Of a stretch of DNA of 64,000 nucleotides, positions 28,999 through 38,699 are shown in pieces. The DNA is from an uncultured delta proteobacterium (GTDB taxonomy: Bacteria > Desulfobacterota > Syntrophobacteria > BM002). The notes beneath the pieces were generated by a model, which searched no databases, was not told where the DNA came from, and saw only the letters and a program-made list of their open reading frames with translations. The stretch covers positions 1 to 64,000 of the forward strand of contig CAVQGX010000046.1 of the NCBI GenBank assembly GCA_963712115.1. Direction: 5' to 3'. Each line of letters opens with the position of its first letter. Within the stretch, counting starts at the first letter, position 1. A program made the position numbers and the translations under genes.

Positions 28999-29904
28999 AT
29001 GGAGCCAAGAAAAACTTCAAAAAAGCTCTTCTCATTTGCAGTAATTGCACTTCTACTGATGTTCCCTTCTTTAGCCGGTAGCGACCGAGCTGTCGAGGTC
29101 ACCCCCGACCAGGAACATCGCTCCAACATTGTCGAGGTGGACGGCTACGCCCAGCTCTCTGAGGAAAAAAGTATCCGCGACATCCGCCAGGAAGCCTTTG
29201 CCACTGCCCGTCGTCAGGCTTTGGAGAATGCCGAGACCCACATCAACTCTCAAACCAGAGTTGAGAATTACCAGCTGCAATATGACTTAATCGAGAGCGG
29301 TGCAGAGGGTGTGGTAAGAGTATTGGAACAAAAAGACTTAGGTATTGAGAACAACAGCAGATACCATGTCTGGATCAGGGCTGAGGTGACATACGTTCTT
29401 AGGCCAGCCGCCGAACCGGCAAAACAAAAGGCCCTAATGAGTCCAGACGCACCACTTACGGCTAAGATCTGGACCGAGAAGAAAAATTATCGCCACGGCG
29501 AATACATCACCATCCACATGGAAGGCAATCGGGACTTTTACGCCCGCATCGTCAATATCAGTTCTGATGGGAAAGTCATTCAACTTCTACCAAATGGATA
29601 TCGCCAGACCCATCATTTCCGGGGTGGAAAACGCTATCAAATCCCGGGACCGGGAGATCGTTTCGAGTTGAAAGTGACTCCACCTTACGGGCAGGAGCGC
29701 ATAGTAATCTATGCCAGTGAGACCCCCATGGGAGAAGTTGCCATGGCACCCCTGGGAGCTGGATTGTACGAGTATCAGGGAAGTAATGATGATCTTGCTT
29801 TTCGGGTGCGCAGTATACAGCCGGTGGCGCGGCCTGGCGGAAGCATGACCTCGGGCAGCACCGGATTCTATGAGGCATCCTGGGTGGTGGAAACGGGACC
29901 CTAA
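28999..29904 (+). CDS. Secreted protein with LPP20/FlgT-N-like and DUF4384-like domains
   Basis: Signal peptide; A...ARRQALE; IWTEKKNY..GE, QLLPN, YQIP, V.PP.GQERI..YAS. Confidence 0.7.
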   Translation: MEPRKTSKKLFSFAVIALLLMFPSLAGSDRAVEVTPDQEHRSNIVEVDGYAQLSEEKSIRDIRQEAFATARRQALENAETHINSQTRVENYQLQYDLIESGAEGVVRVLEQKDLGIENNSRYHVWIRAEVTYVLRPAAEPAKQKALMSPDAPLTAKIWTEKKNYRHGEYITIHMEGNRDFYARIVNISSDGKVIQLLPNGYRQTHHFRGGKRYQIPGPGDRFELKVTPPYGQERIVIYASETPMGEVAMAPLGAGLYEYQGSNDDLAFRVRSIQPVARPGGSMTSGSTGFYEASWVVETGP

Positions 29905-30064
29905 TTTTTTGAGAACTATGGAGCTCCAGAATCTAGAGTAGAAAAAACGGACTCAAAAGTAGACGCTCCAGATTAGGTTCCAAACGACTGCTTGTAAAGG
30001 TAAGGCAGTAGAAGATAGATTAACAGACTTGAAGAATGGTCTAAAGCCGAGTGGAGGAAAGAAA

Positions 30065-30672
30065 ATGAAAAAAATCTGGCAGGGTACTGGGGTTGTTATG
30101 TTGATTCTCTTTGTGGTTTCCTGTGCTCCTAAGTATATGGTTAAACATGAGCCCATGCAGAAACCAAGTGAAGGTAAAGCGTTGGTTAATTTCCTCAGAC
30201 CATCTTCAACGGGCGGAGCAGCTCAGGTCACGATTTGGGATAATGATAAACTTATCGGATTTACGGCAGGTAAGATGGCTTTTCAATATGAGTGTGATCC
30301 CGGTAAGCACCTTTTTATATCATGGTCAGAATTCAAGTCGCCCGTGGAAGCAGAACTATATCATCTTGCGCATATGGGATACGATGTTTACCGAATAGAG
30401 TCTACTATATCATCTTGCGCATCAGGATGGGCTGGTGGCGAGCAAGATTACATCAGGTTCCAATCAATCCACAACACGAAATGTGGCAAGATGCTCTCAC
30501 CTGGCAAAAGACCTTACCCAGTTATAAACCGGACACCGCAGCTCTTGCCCAGATAGAGGCCAAGAATCATCCCAAAATAATCGAGTATCTCCAAGACTAC
30601 CACACTGAGGTTGCTGGCTCTAAATATGTGCAGTATCTGAGACCCGAGGATGGTGTACCTGTAGAACCTTAG
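30065..30672 (+). pseudogene. DUF2846-like lipoprotein frameshifted by a 29-bp insertion
   Basis: Lipobox VVSC, KALVNFLRP, DPGKH; removing 30359-30387 restores VEAEL-LPNRVYYIILR. Confidence 0.7.
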
Positions 30673-30727
30673 AACGATAGACTCTCAAAAGAAGGTAGAG
30701 TTATTTCTCATATTAGGCAGGGCCCGC

Positions 30728-31486
30728 ATGGGTTCTGCCTTTTTTGGTTGTAAATTTTGCATCCATAAAATATGTTTACGAAAATCCTTTCAAGCATTAT
30801 CTGACGGGAACAGTTATCTTATCCAGCAGTATCAGGTTTTCTATGCACCCAGCGTTACTGTGCTGAGATTCTGTCTCCAAAAGAGATCACAAAGTAAACA
30901 AAGCCTACTGGCAATTGGTCCACCTTTGTTTGCTGATGAATCCTTACAGCTAAAATTCGCTGAAAGAGAATGTAGCTTAGTTAGTAGGAAGTTCGGACAG
31001 AACCTTTTACTAGTTGGAGATCAGGCTAAGGAGTCAAATTTCAGAAAATACGCCGGAAAGTATGACATAGTGCATTTGGCGACACACGGTTATTTCTCCA
31101 AAGATGCGCCAATGAAATCATATTTACTACTTCTGGGCGACCAAGACCATGATGGCAAACTTTCGGCATACGAGCTTTTCGGTATTAAATTAAATGCTTA
31201 CCTCGTAACCCTGAGCGCTTGCCAGACAGCAGTCAGCAGAGTTTCACGGGGAGACGAAATGCTCGGATTAGTGCGTGGATTGATTTATGCTGGTACGCCC
31301 TCCATATTAGCCAGCCTCTGGAACGTGGACGACGCCTCAACAGCCGAATTAATGAACGAATTCTACTCTAACTTGACCACCATGGATAAGGCTGAGGCTT
31401 TGCAATACGCCCAGCTAAAGATCATGAGAGAAAAAGAGTCGCCTTTCTTCTGGGCACCATTCGTATTGATTGGGGATTACTTCTGA
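30728..31486 (+). CDS. CHAT (caspase-like protease) domain, N-terminally truncated
   Basis: VHLATHG and VTLSACQT catalytic dyad, ASLWNVDD, PFFWAPF; homology appears to begin mid-domain at FQAL..YL..YAPS. Confidence 0.8.
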   Translation: MGSAFFGCKFCIHKICLRKSFQALSDGNSYLIQQYQVFYAPSVTVLRFCLQKRSQSKQSLLAIGPPLFADESLQLKFAERECSLVSRKFGQNLLLVGDQAKESNFRKYAGKYDIVHLATHGYFSKDAPMKSYLLLLGDQDHDGKLSAYELFGIKLNAYLVTLSACQTAVSRVSRGDEMLGLVRGLIYAGTPSILASLWNVDDASTAELMNEFYSNLTTMDKAEALQYAQLKIMREKESPFFWAPFVLIGDYF

Positions 31487-31635
31487 TACCTTCTACCCCT
31501 TTGTCCTCCCTTTACCTTTACCTTATCACAGAAAACCAGAACCAGCGACACTGCTGGAAACGTGTTGCCCAAATGGGACTACTTGTGATAGTGAGTTGAG
31601 GTTGAAAACCCAGCTGACCTAAGGAGACCTCGAGA

Positions 31636-32970
31636 GTGAAGATACTACTGGTTAATCCCTCCTACCACGACGTCTATCGTACCTTTGATTTCGTCTTCCC
31701 TCCCCTTGGATTGGCATATATGGCTGCTGTTTTGACTGAGCGCAATTATGAGGTCAAGATTGTCGATCTAAATGCTGATCAAGATAAACAATTCATTCCT
31801 GACAACAATTGGGATCTGGTAGGGATAACCCTTGACACTTCGCGCTATTACAAGGGCATGAAATACGCCCGCATGTTGAAATCCAAAGGTACCAAAGTGG
31901 TTGTTGGAGGCCCGCACGCATCTTTCATGGCAGAGGAGATACTGGGGAGTGGATCTGCTGATTTTGTCGTCAGGGGTGAAGGCGAACACACCATACTCGA
32001 GCTCGTCAAAGCTCTCAGCGAGGGAGGCAACCTAGAGCAAATAAGAGGATTATCCTACACAAGTGACAATCAAGTAATACATAACGCTGATCGAACCTAC
32101 TCTGATGACCTTGACACCCTCCCTTTCCCGGCCAGACATCTGTTGGATATGGACAAATATCGAACATCCAAGATCGGAACCAGGAGCATCACCTCCATTC
32201 TCACCAGCAGAGGCTGCCCATACCAGTGCTCTTTTTGTGCGTCGTCCAAGCTGGCAGGCACCTTCTGGAGGGCCAGATCAGTCGAATCAATCATCAAAGA
32301 AATTCAATTTGTTAAAGACACTTACGGTTATCGGGCCTTTGCCTTTGTGGACGACAATTTCACCTTGAATCCCCAAAGGGTAATCGATCTCTGCAAGGAG
32401 ATTTGTAAGCGTGGTTGGGATATACACTGGTGGTGCTTTTCCCGGGTTGACACTATTGTAAAAAATCCTGAGATGGTATCACTGATGTATGAGGCTGGTT
32501 GTCGCTCTACCTACATTGGTATAGAGAGTAGAAACCAAGAAACTCTTGACTTTTACAACAAAAAAATTAGTGCAGACATATCCCGTGAGGCAATCTCTAT
32601 TCTCAAGAACAAGAAAATAGAAATGACCGCGAGCTTCATAATTGGCGCACTCAATGAAGACAAAGAAATGGTGGAGGATACTTTACGATTTGCCAAATCC
32701 CTCAATCCAAATACTGTCTCTTTTAGCATCCTCACCCCTTACCCGGGGACTGACTTGTTCGAACAAGTAAAAGACAGAATAATCACTTTCGACTGGCGAA
32801 AATATGATGGTATTCACTCGGTTATAAGATTGAAACATTTCAAACCAATGCAAATCCAACTCACCCTCCTGCGTTTTTATATTTCCTTCTATCTCCGATC
32901 TTTCGCATCCATCAAGGATTTTCTCAAGTTTTACCTCCGCCGAAAACTCCAATGGGGACATACCAACTAG
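31636..32970 (+). CDS. B12-binding radical SAM protein
   Basis: PPLGLAY, GGPHAS, GEGE, SRGCPYQCSFC, DDNF, PYPGT. Confidence 0.9.
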   Translation: MKILLVNPSYHDVYRTFDFVFPPLGLAYMAAVLTERNYEVKIVDLNADQDKQFIPDNNWDLVGITLDTSRYYKGMKYARMLKSKGTKVVVGGPHASFMAEEILGSGSADFVVRGEGEHTILELVKALSEGGNLEQIRGLSYTSDNQVIHNADRTYSDDLDTLPFPARHLLDMDKYRTSKIGTRSITSILTSRGCPYQCSFCASSKLAGTFWRARSVESIIKEIQFVKDTYGYRAFAFVDDNFTLNPQRVIDLCKEICKRGWDIHWWCFSRVDTIVKNPEMVSLMYEAGCRSTYIGIESRNQETLDFYNKKISADISREAISILKNKKIEMTASFIIGALNEDKEMVEDTLRFAKSLNPNTVSFSILTPYPGTDLFEQVKDRIITFDWRKYDGIHSVIRLKHFKPMQIQLTLLRFYISFYLRSFASIKDFLKFYLRRKLQWGHTN

Positions 32971-33015
32971 TGGTTTCCTTCCCACAGCTCTTTAGCGAAG
33001 CCGGATCTTATCTTG

Positions 33016-33948
33016 ATGATTGAGAAAAATTATATACACCTATTCATTTTCATTATTGCTATTTATCTCACTGCGGCCACCTGCAAGCCAATACAAAGCG
33101 TGAGACCCTCGAAAAGTGAAGTACTCAAAGGCTCCTGCTTACAGCTCATGACATACAACATCAGAGTTGGAGCCGGTAGGGACGGACTGTTAACACCGGT
33201 AAAATATCTCTCCAGTTCTGAAAGCAAATTAACAAAAATCGGTCTGACAATAAGGTCTCTGGATCCAGATATCATTGCACTGCAGGAAGTCAGGGGCGCT
33301 GCCCAGGCAGAATTTCTAGCAGACTCTTTGGGCATGAACTACGTCTATCTATCCCACGAGGACTCTAGGCTCGAGTGGGGATTGGCAGTCTTATCCAGGT
33401 TCAAGATTACTGAATATTACGGAAAATTTATTCGCTACGATGAGAAAAAGCCGAGAGTGGCACTGTTATGCACAGTTGAATTGGATGGCTCGTCCATTAC
33501 TATAATCAATGTGCATTTTCATTTGGGTGATTATGATGAGCAAGTTGAAGAGACAATTAGATTAATGAGCAAGGTGACGGGACCGGTTATACTGATGGGT
33601 GATTTCAATCTAATTGATCCTGACGATGGGCTCTCCCCCATTACAAAGAAATTGGTTGATACTTGTGAGGTGGTGGACACCAAGAGTTCCCAGGAAGCCA
33701 AAGAGATAGGCACCCATAGATTCGGCTCAAAAAGGCTTGATTACATCTTTGTCGACCCTAATTATTTCTCTGTGCTGGAAGCTGGATTAGCACCAGAACA
33801 ACACAGGAGTGCCTCGGATCATATCGGCTACTTTGCCTGTGTGAGGCCAAAAAGCAAGGAGAGCGATGTTCAGGAGGCTAACCCAGAAATCCAGCAAGAG
33901 AAGGTAGAACTGCCAACCTTGCGTGGAGGTGGAGAAGTATTGGAGTGA
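33016..33948 (+). CDS. Endonuclease/exonuclease/phosphatase family protein (exported)
   Basis: MTYNI, LQEV, GDFN, LDYIF, SDH; hydrophobic N-terminus. Confidence 0.88.
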   Translation: MIEKNYIHLFIFIIAIYLTAATCKPIQSVRPSKSEVLKGSCLQLMTYNIRVGAGRDGLLTPVKYLSSSESKLTKIGLTIRSLDPDIIALQEVRGAAQAEFLADSLGMNYVYLSHEDSRLEWGLAVLSRFKITEYYGKFIRYDEKKPRVALLCTVELDGSSITIINVHFHLGDYDEQVEETIRLMSKVTGPVILMGDFNLIDPDDGLSPITKKLVDTCEVVDTKSSQEAKEIGTHRFGSKRLDYIFVDPNYFSVLEAGLAPEQHRSASDHIGYFACVRPKSKESDVQEANPEIQQEKVELPTLRGGGEVLE

Positions 33949-34159
33949 TGGAGTAATGGTAATTTCGGATCTCGGATCTCGGATTTCGGATTTAAAAACA
34001 TGAATTGGAAATCAGAAACTCAATCTAAAGTCGACAATCCGCATTCCGCATTCCCAAATCCGCAATCGAGTTGCTCCAACACTCCAGTACTCCAAGACTC
34101 CAGGGGGATATGCAGAATGACCTGCCTCCGCATTTTGAATCACGGTACATAAGGACACA

Positions 34160-34810
34160 ATGAACGCAGTCGTTATCAGTGATTTGCACCTAGAGTCTGT
34201 CCACACTCTGTCTGGCCAGATAGCCCTTTTCATCGAAAGCTTACCTGAAGGATGCGATCTCATTCTCAACGGTGACATTATCGACAGCTCTTATCCAAAT
34301 TTGCCGCGGCAAAATCTACAAATCCTCGAGCTAATAGGGCAGGAGTCTTTTCGTAGAAATATTGTTTGGATCCGTGGAAACCATGACGACTGCTCTCTCC
34401 TTCGAAATAGGGGAAGAATCCATTTTAAACGCATCCACGCGATTGCCAACCGACTCTTGATCACCCACGGCAACGAACTCGATAAAACCAAGGCAAGGAT
34501 TCAACAGCTTCTCAGACCATTCAAGCTGATACAGTTTATCCTGGTAAAATCGGGCTTGAAACCGGTAAATGTAGCCCAATTTGCCAGTAGGTTCGAGCTT
34601 TTTTATAGGCTCTATCGAAAGAAACTCATGCTCGATGCGGTGAAATTCGCCAAAGAAAAAGGCTTTGGAGCCATTACCTGCGGTCATACGCACCACCCAG
34701 AGGATCGTAATGTCCAAGGTGTGCGTTACATCAATACCGGCGCCTGGACTGAATACCCGCCCCACTATCTAGTGGTCAATGACAGGGAGATTAGACTGAA
34801 GAGCGTCTAA
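34160..34810 (+). CDS. LpxH/LpxG-like metallophosphoesterase
   Basis: ISDLHL, LNGDIID, GNHD, THG, CGHTH, YINTGAW. Confidence 0.85.
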   Translation: MNAVVISDLHLESVHTLSGQIALFIESLPEGCDLILNGDIIDSSYPNLPRQNLQILELIGQESFRRNIVWIRGNHDDCSLLRNRGRIHFKRIHAIANRLLITHGNELDKTKARIQQLLRPFKLIQFILVKSGLKPVNVAQFASRFELFYRLYRKKLMLDAVKFAKEKGFGAITCGHTHHPEDRNVQGVRYINTGAWTEYPPHYLVVNDREIRLKSV

Positions 34811-34923
34811 GGGGCTGTCCCACAACCTCTCTTTTGCCCGCCTTTGTCATTCTGAGCGAAGCGAAGAATCTCATGGATTCAGGACTGGACGGCGACTCAG
34901 AATGACGTTGTGGGACAGCCTCT
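34810..34923. mobile_element. MITE-like element with IS-type 17-bp IRs enclosing a GTCATTCTGAG REP-like palindrome
   Basis: aggggctgtcccacaac ... gttgtgggacagcctct (16/17 match); inner gtcattctgag...ctcagaatgac. Confidence 0.65.
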
Positions 34924-34933
34924 CGGGGGGGAT

Positions 34934-35755
34934 TTAGACTGGGTTTAGATACTTTTCTATCGAGGTAAAGCGGAAATCAGCCAGAAGTTTGACAAGCTGC
35001 GATTTGCTCCCCCAGACACCTCCGTACAGGGCAAATTTCTTCGAGGGGGGAAGGCCGATAGAGCCCTTTCTTCCGCCGAACTCCCTGGGATGAAAATAAA
35101 AAAGTGTGGGCAGCTGGCGTCGGTTGAATTTCCGCACCCTTTGTTTAAGTATGGGGTAAGGCAAAAGCCTCAAGCCCCAGCTGCCTCCTGCGGGATAGTG
35201 GCCAAAGGGAGTCTTTAGTGTCAAGGGTGGCAATTCCCATAAGTCTCCCCTCGCTGTTTTTATCTTCCAGGGGGTACGAGGATAGGACTCGTTGCCAATG
35301 ATCTTTAGGGGAGCCAGGCTGGAGTCATAGACAAAGCCTTCTTCAGTTAGAATCTCTAAGGCCCAACTACTGCGATCGTTTATCGACCACTGGGGAGCCC
35401 GAAAACCAATTGGTCTCTTGTTTATCAACCCTGCAATACACTCAATTCCTCTGCGCAAAATCTGGCGAAAATCTTCTGGGCTCAGTTCGTAGACCAGCTC
35501 ATGATCCCAGCCGTGATAGCCAATTTCGTGTCCCATATCATGAATGCGCCGAACTAGGTCAGGATGCTTCTCCGCCACATAACCGAGTACGAAAAAAGTA
35601 GCCCTGGAGTTCGTCTTAGCGACCAAACTCAAGAGCTTCTCTGTGTCTGCAACCACGGTGGATGGAAATCTGTCCCACTTTTCCCTGGGGAGCAGATGCT
35701 CCACCTCACATATGTGGAACCAGTCTTCCAGGTCCACCGTCAGGAGATTCATCAC
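34934..35755 (-). CDS. Polysaccharide deacetylase (DUF3473-type)
   Basis: TVDLEDWF, ATFFVLG, GHEIGYHGWDH, GFRAP, YDSS, YFHPRE. Confidence 0.88.
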   Translation of the reverse strand: MMNLLTVDLEDWFHICEVEHLLPREKWDRFPSTVVADTEKLLSLVAKTNSRATFFVLGYVAEKHPDLVRRIHDMGHEIGYHGWDHELVYELSPEDFRQILRRGIECIAGLINKRPIGFRAPQWSINDRSSWALEILTEEGFVYDSSLAPLKIIGNESYPRTPWKIKTARGDLWELPPLTLKTPFGHYPAGGSWGLRLLPYPILKQRVRKFNRRQLPTLFYFHPREFGGRKGSIGLPPSKKFALYGGVWGSKSQLVKLLADFRFTSIEKYLNPV

Positions 35756-35924
35756 GCCATCGACTTTTATCGGAACTAGTTGGAGACAACAGTTAACCGC
35801 CTTGGTGGATCGTTCGGATCGAATTATAGTTCAGCCGGTTTTGCCGGTTAAGCCAGTTTGCTAGAAAGAAAGTCTGAAATCAGGCTTTCCACTGGCTCTA
35901 ACTGGCCTAACCAACGGACTGGCT

Positions 35925-37307
35925 TTATTTCCGTCTAACCTGCATATGTTCCCACAGCGGACCCTTGAGACCGAAGCGTCGCAGTTTTTCTTGTAGTCTT
36001 CTGTCGATGTTCACGTTTGAGCCCGGCAGAATCCAGTTCTTGTTCTCCTCCACATGTTCATGCAAAATATCGAGGACGAAAGGACGCACTGACTCAGCCA
36101 GATAGAAAGTCGGTTTCAACATAGACTCGTCTTCAATTATTAAATCTTCTTGGGAGGCAAAATCCGCCAGCTTTGTCCCTGGGAAAAGCCTTATCCCCAC
36201 CATGGCAATTACCGCAGTCGGTGACACCTCGTCCATCAGGGCAAGCGTCTCTAGGAGAGTTTCCTTGCTTTCCCCCGGTCCCCCGAAAACTAAGGAGTGG
36301 CAGGAGGGCAGCCCTACTTTGTGGCAGAGTTCCGATGCTCGCCGGACCTCCTCTTTGGTAAATGACTTTCCCAATCCTTTCAAAATCAAGTCGGAGCCTG
36401 CGTCAGTGCCAAACTCTACTCCGGTGCAGCCAGACTCTTTCATTAGAGACAGCAAAGACTCGGTTACAAACTGTGGATGGAGGTAGCAACTCCACTTCAC
36501 CTCTAGGTTTCTCTGCAGAAGTTCCTTGCATATAGATTGGGCATGGTGTGGTGGAAAATTGAACACATTATCAACCATAAAAACAGTGTCGACACCCTGA
36601 TCATAAAGCTGCTGGATTTCCTCCCCAACCTGCTTTGGCGGTCGCACCCGAATCTCTTTCCCCTCAATCAAGGGGTAAGTACAGTAGACACATGAAAAGC
36701 CACAGCCTCTTTTTGTCTGGACATTTCCCATTCCGCCAAAACGAAGGTACGCTTCATTGTCAAGCTTTTCCCTGCGGGGCATGATGATGTCCTGAATGGG
36801 AAACCGCTGTGGTGGAATTGGTTTTGGGGGTTTGCTGGAATGTGTAGTAATGACGCCGGGCACCTGATCAAGAGACTGGCCACGCTCCAACTGGTCAAGG
36901 AACCGAACAAGAGGAATCTCGCCTTCACCCACGATACCATAGTCTGCTTCCAGATCATTCAATATCTGTAGTGGCATGAGGCTGAATCCTGAACCCCCGA
37001 GAACGATGGGTGCGGAGGTAAGTTGTCGCAAATGTGAAACCACCTTCCGGTAAAGAGGCAAATAGGAATGGGTATTTGGATAGGCCACATTGTCTACATT
37101 GCGCAGGGAGAGTCCAATTACCTCAGGGCCAAAATTAGTCACGGCCCGCTCCAGAGCTTCGCCGTAATCATCAACAAAGCAGAGATCCAATACCTGGTGC
37201 TCATGGGAGCTTCGCTCGAGGGCACCACTCAAAAAGGCCAGCCCAAGAGGGAATACTGGATCCGGTAACATCTCTGTGTTAGGTGAGATCAGGAGAATAC
37301 GCATCAT
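35925..37307 (-). CDS. Lipid-biosynthesis B12-binding radical SAM protein
   Basis: PDPVFPLG, SLRNVDN, GGSGFS, QTKRGCGFSCVYCTYP, GGPGE; type associated with ladderane-like/Geobacter FAS clusters. Confidence 0.85.
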   Translation of the reverse strand: MMRILLISPNTEMLPDPVFPLGLAFLSGALERSSHEHQVLDLCFVDDYGEALERAVTNFGPEVIGLSLRNVDNVAYPNTHSYLPLYRKVVSHLRQLTSAPIVLGGSGFSLMPLQILNDLEADYGIVGEGEIPLVRFLDQLERGQSLDQVPGVITTHSSKPPKPIPPQRFPIQDIIMPRREKLDNEAYLRFGGMGNVQTKRGCGFSCVYCTYPLIEGKEIRVRPPKQVGEEIQQLYDQGVDTVFMVDNVFNFPPHHAQSICKELLQRNLEVKWSCYLHPQFVTESLLSLMKESGCTGVEFGTDAGSDLILKGLGKSFTKEEVRRASELCHKVGLPSCHSLVFGGPGESKETLLETLALMDEVSPTAVIAMVGIRLFPGTKLADFASQEDLIIEDESMLKPTFYLAESVRPFVLDILHEHVEENKNWILPGSNVNIDRRLQEKLRRFGLKGPLWEHMQVRRK

Positions 37308-37449
37308 ACCGCCTTCAGGTCTGCGATTTTGCCTCAGCTGGAATGATGGAATAATGGAATATTGGAATTCTGGGAAGTAAAAGCAGATAAGCTATTTTCT
37401 AATTGGTCTAATTCCTCTCGACCCATCATTCCATTATTCCTCTATTCCA

Positions 37450-38685
37450 TCATTCCTGTTGCCTTGCAATGACGGTGCAAGCGCTCCCACCGCCAAAAGT
37501 AGAACCGAGGGCCATTCCGGCGACAAGAGTCTTCTCAGTTGCAGAGGCAAATCTTTGAGCTTTCCCAAAAAGACCAGTCAGGCTAGGTCCTCGCGCGGCC
37601 GGCGGAATATTTCCCTCGGTTAATGAAAGTAAAATAGCTGCCACGCTCAGGAGGCCAGCGGCACCGAATTCGCCAACCAAATAGCGAAGGGGCAGCCTGG
37701 GGATCTGATGCCACTGATGACCAAAAACCTGCTCCAAGACCGCAAGTTCGGCATTTTCGAGCTCATCAACCCCATTAGCGGCTAGCCCAATGATGCCAAC
37801 CTCTTCCACATTAATCTTGGCTTCTTTCAACGCTGCCCCCATCCCTTGGGCCATTGACCTGCCATCCGTTTCATAGTGCGCCTGAGTTACAACTCCACTT
37901 GTTAGCGTTAGCGACAAAATAGTTCCATAACTCTTTTTCTCAGGCCTCTCCGCAAAGTCCGCCCGCTCCAACACTAAGCAGGTAGCCCCTTCGCCGGCAA
38001 TGAATCCTTTACCTGTGGGAAATTGGCTGGGCTGGAGTGTTTTTCGCTGCCGCACGGGCTTCAAAGCACGAACCGAGGCAAGGCTGTGAAATAGGATGCT
38101 GGAGAGTTCGTCAACCCCTCCTACCAGCACAACGTCCGCTTGATCCTGCTCCAACAAGGCAATTCCGTAGGCCAGGGCACATTCACCGGAGAGGTGATTT
38201 TGGCAAAAGGTGCTATTGGGACCTTTCAGCCCGTGATACATGGCGACGTGGCTGGCAGGAGCGTTGGGCACCGTATCTGGAAAAAGTATTGGCTCAGCTG
38301 CCTGGGGACCATGATCCAAAAGGCTTACAAAAAACCCATCCGTCTGCTCCGTGCTGCCGAAGGCGGTTCCAAAGACCACGCCGATCCGGCGGCGATTCAG
38401 CTCCGAGATTTTCAAACCACTATCCCTTATGGCTTCGATGCTGGCGGCAACCGCAAGGCGAGACTGGCGACTTAGTCTGCGGTAAAAGCGAGGTTCCATA
38501 AAATCCTTAGCACTGAAATTGTCTATCTCAGCCCCAAGATTGCAGGCATATTTGCTAGTATCGAATCCCCTAATCGGTGCTATGCCAGACTTACCCCTGA
38601 CCAGCTCATGCCAAAAAGCTGATTTTCCAATACCCAGCCCGTTTAACATGCCCAAGCCGGTTATGATGATTGGTGCTTTTGCCAT
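37450..38685 (-). CDS. Non-catalytic ketosynthase (chain-length-factor-like)
   Basis: FabF fold with TAC replaced by QNH, HGTGT by AANGV and GH by GE. Confidence 0.85.
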   Translation of the reverse strand: MAKAPIIITGLGMLNGLGIGKSAFWHELVRGKSGIAPIRGFDTSKYACNLGAEIDNFSAKDFMEPRFYRRLSRQSRLAVAASIEAIRDSGLKISELNRRRIGVVFGTAFGSTEQTDGFFVSLLDHGPQAAEPILFPDTVPNAPASHVAMYHGLKGPNSTFCQNHLSGECALAYGIALLEQDQADVVLVGGVDELSSILFHSLASVRALKPVRQRKTLQPSQFPTGKGFIAGEGATCLVLERADFAERPEKKSYGTILSLTLTSGVVTQAHYETDGRSMAQGMGAALKEAKINVEEVGIIGLAANGVDELENAELAVLEQVFGHQWHQIPRLPLRYLVGEFGAAGLLSVAAILLSLTEGNIPPAARGPSLTGLFGKAQRFASATEKTLVAGMALGSTFGGGSACTVIARQQE

Positions 38686-38699
38686 GGTTTTTCTAGATT

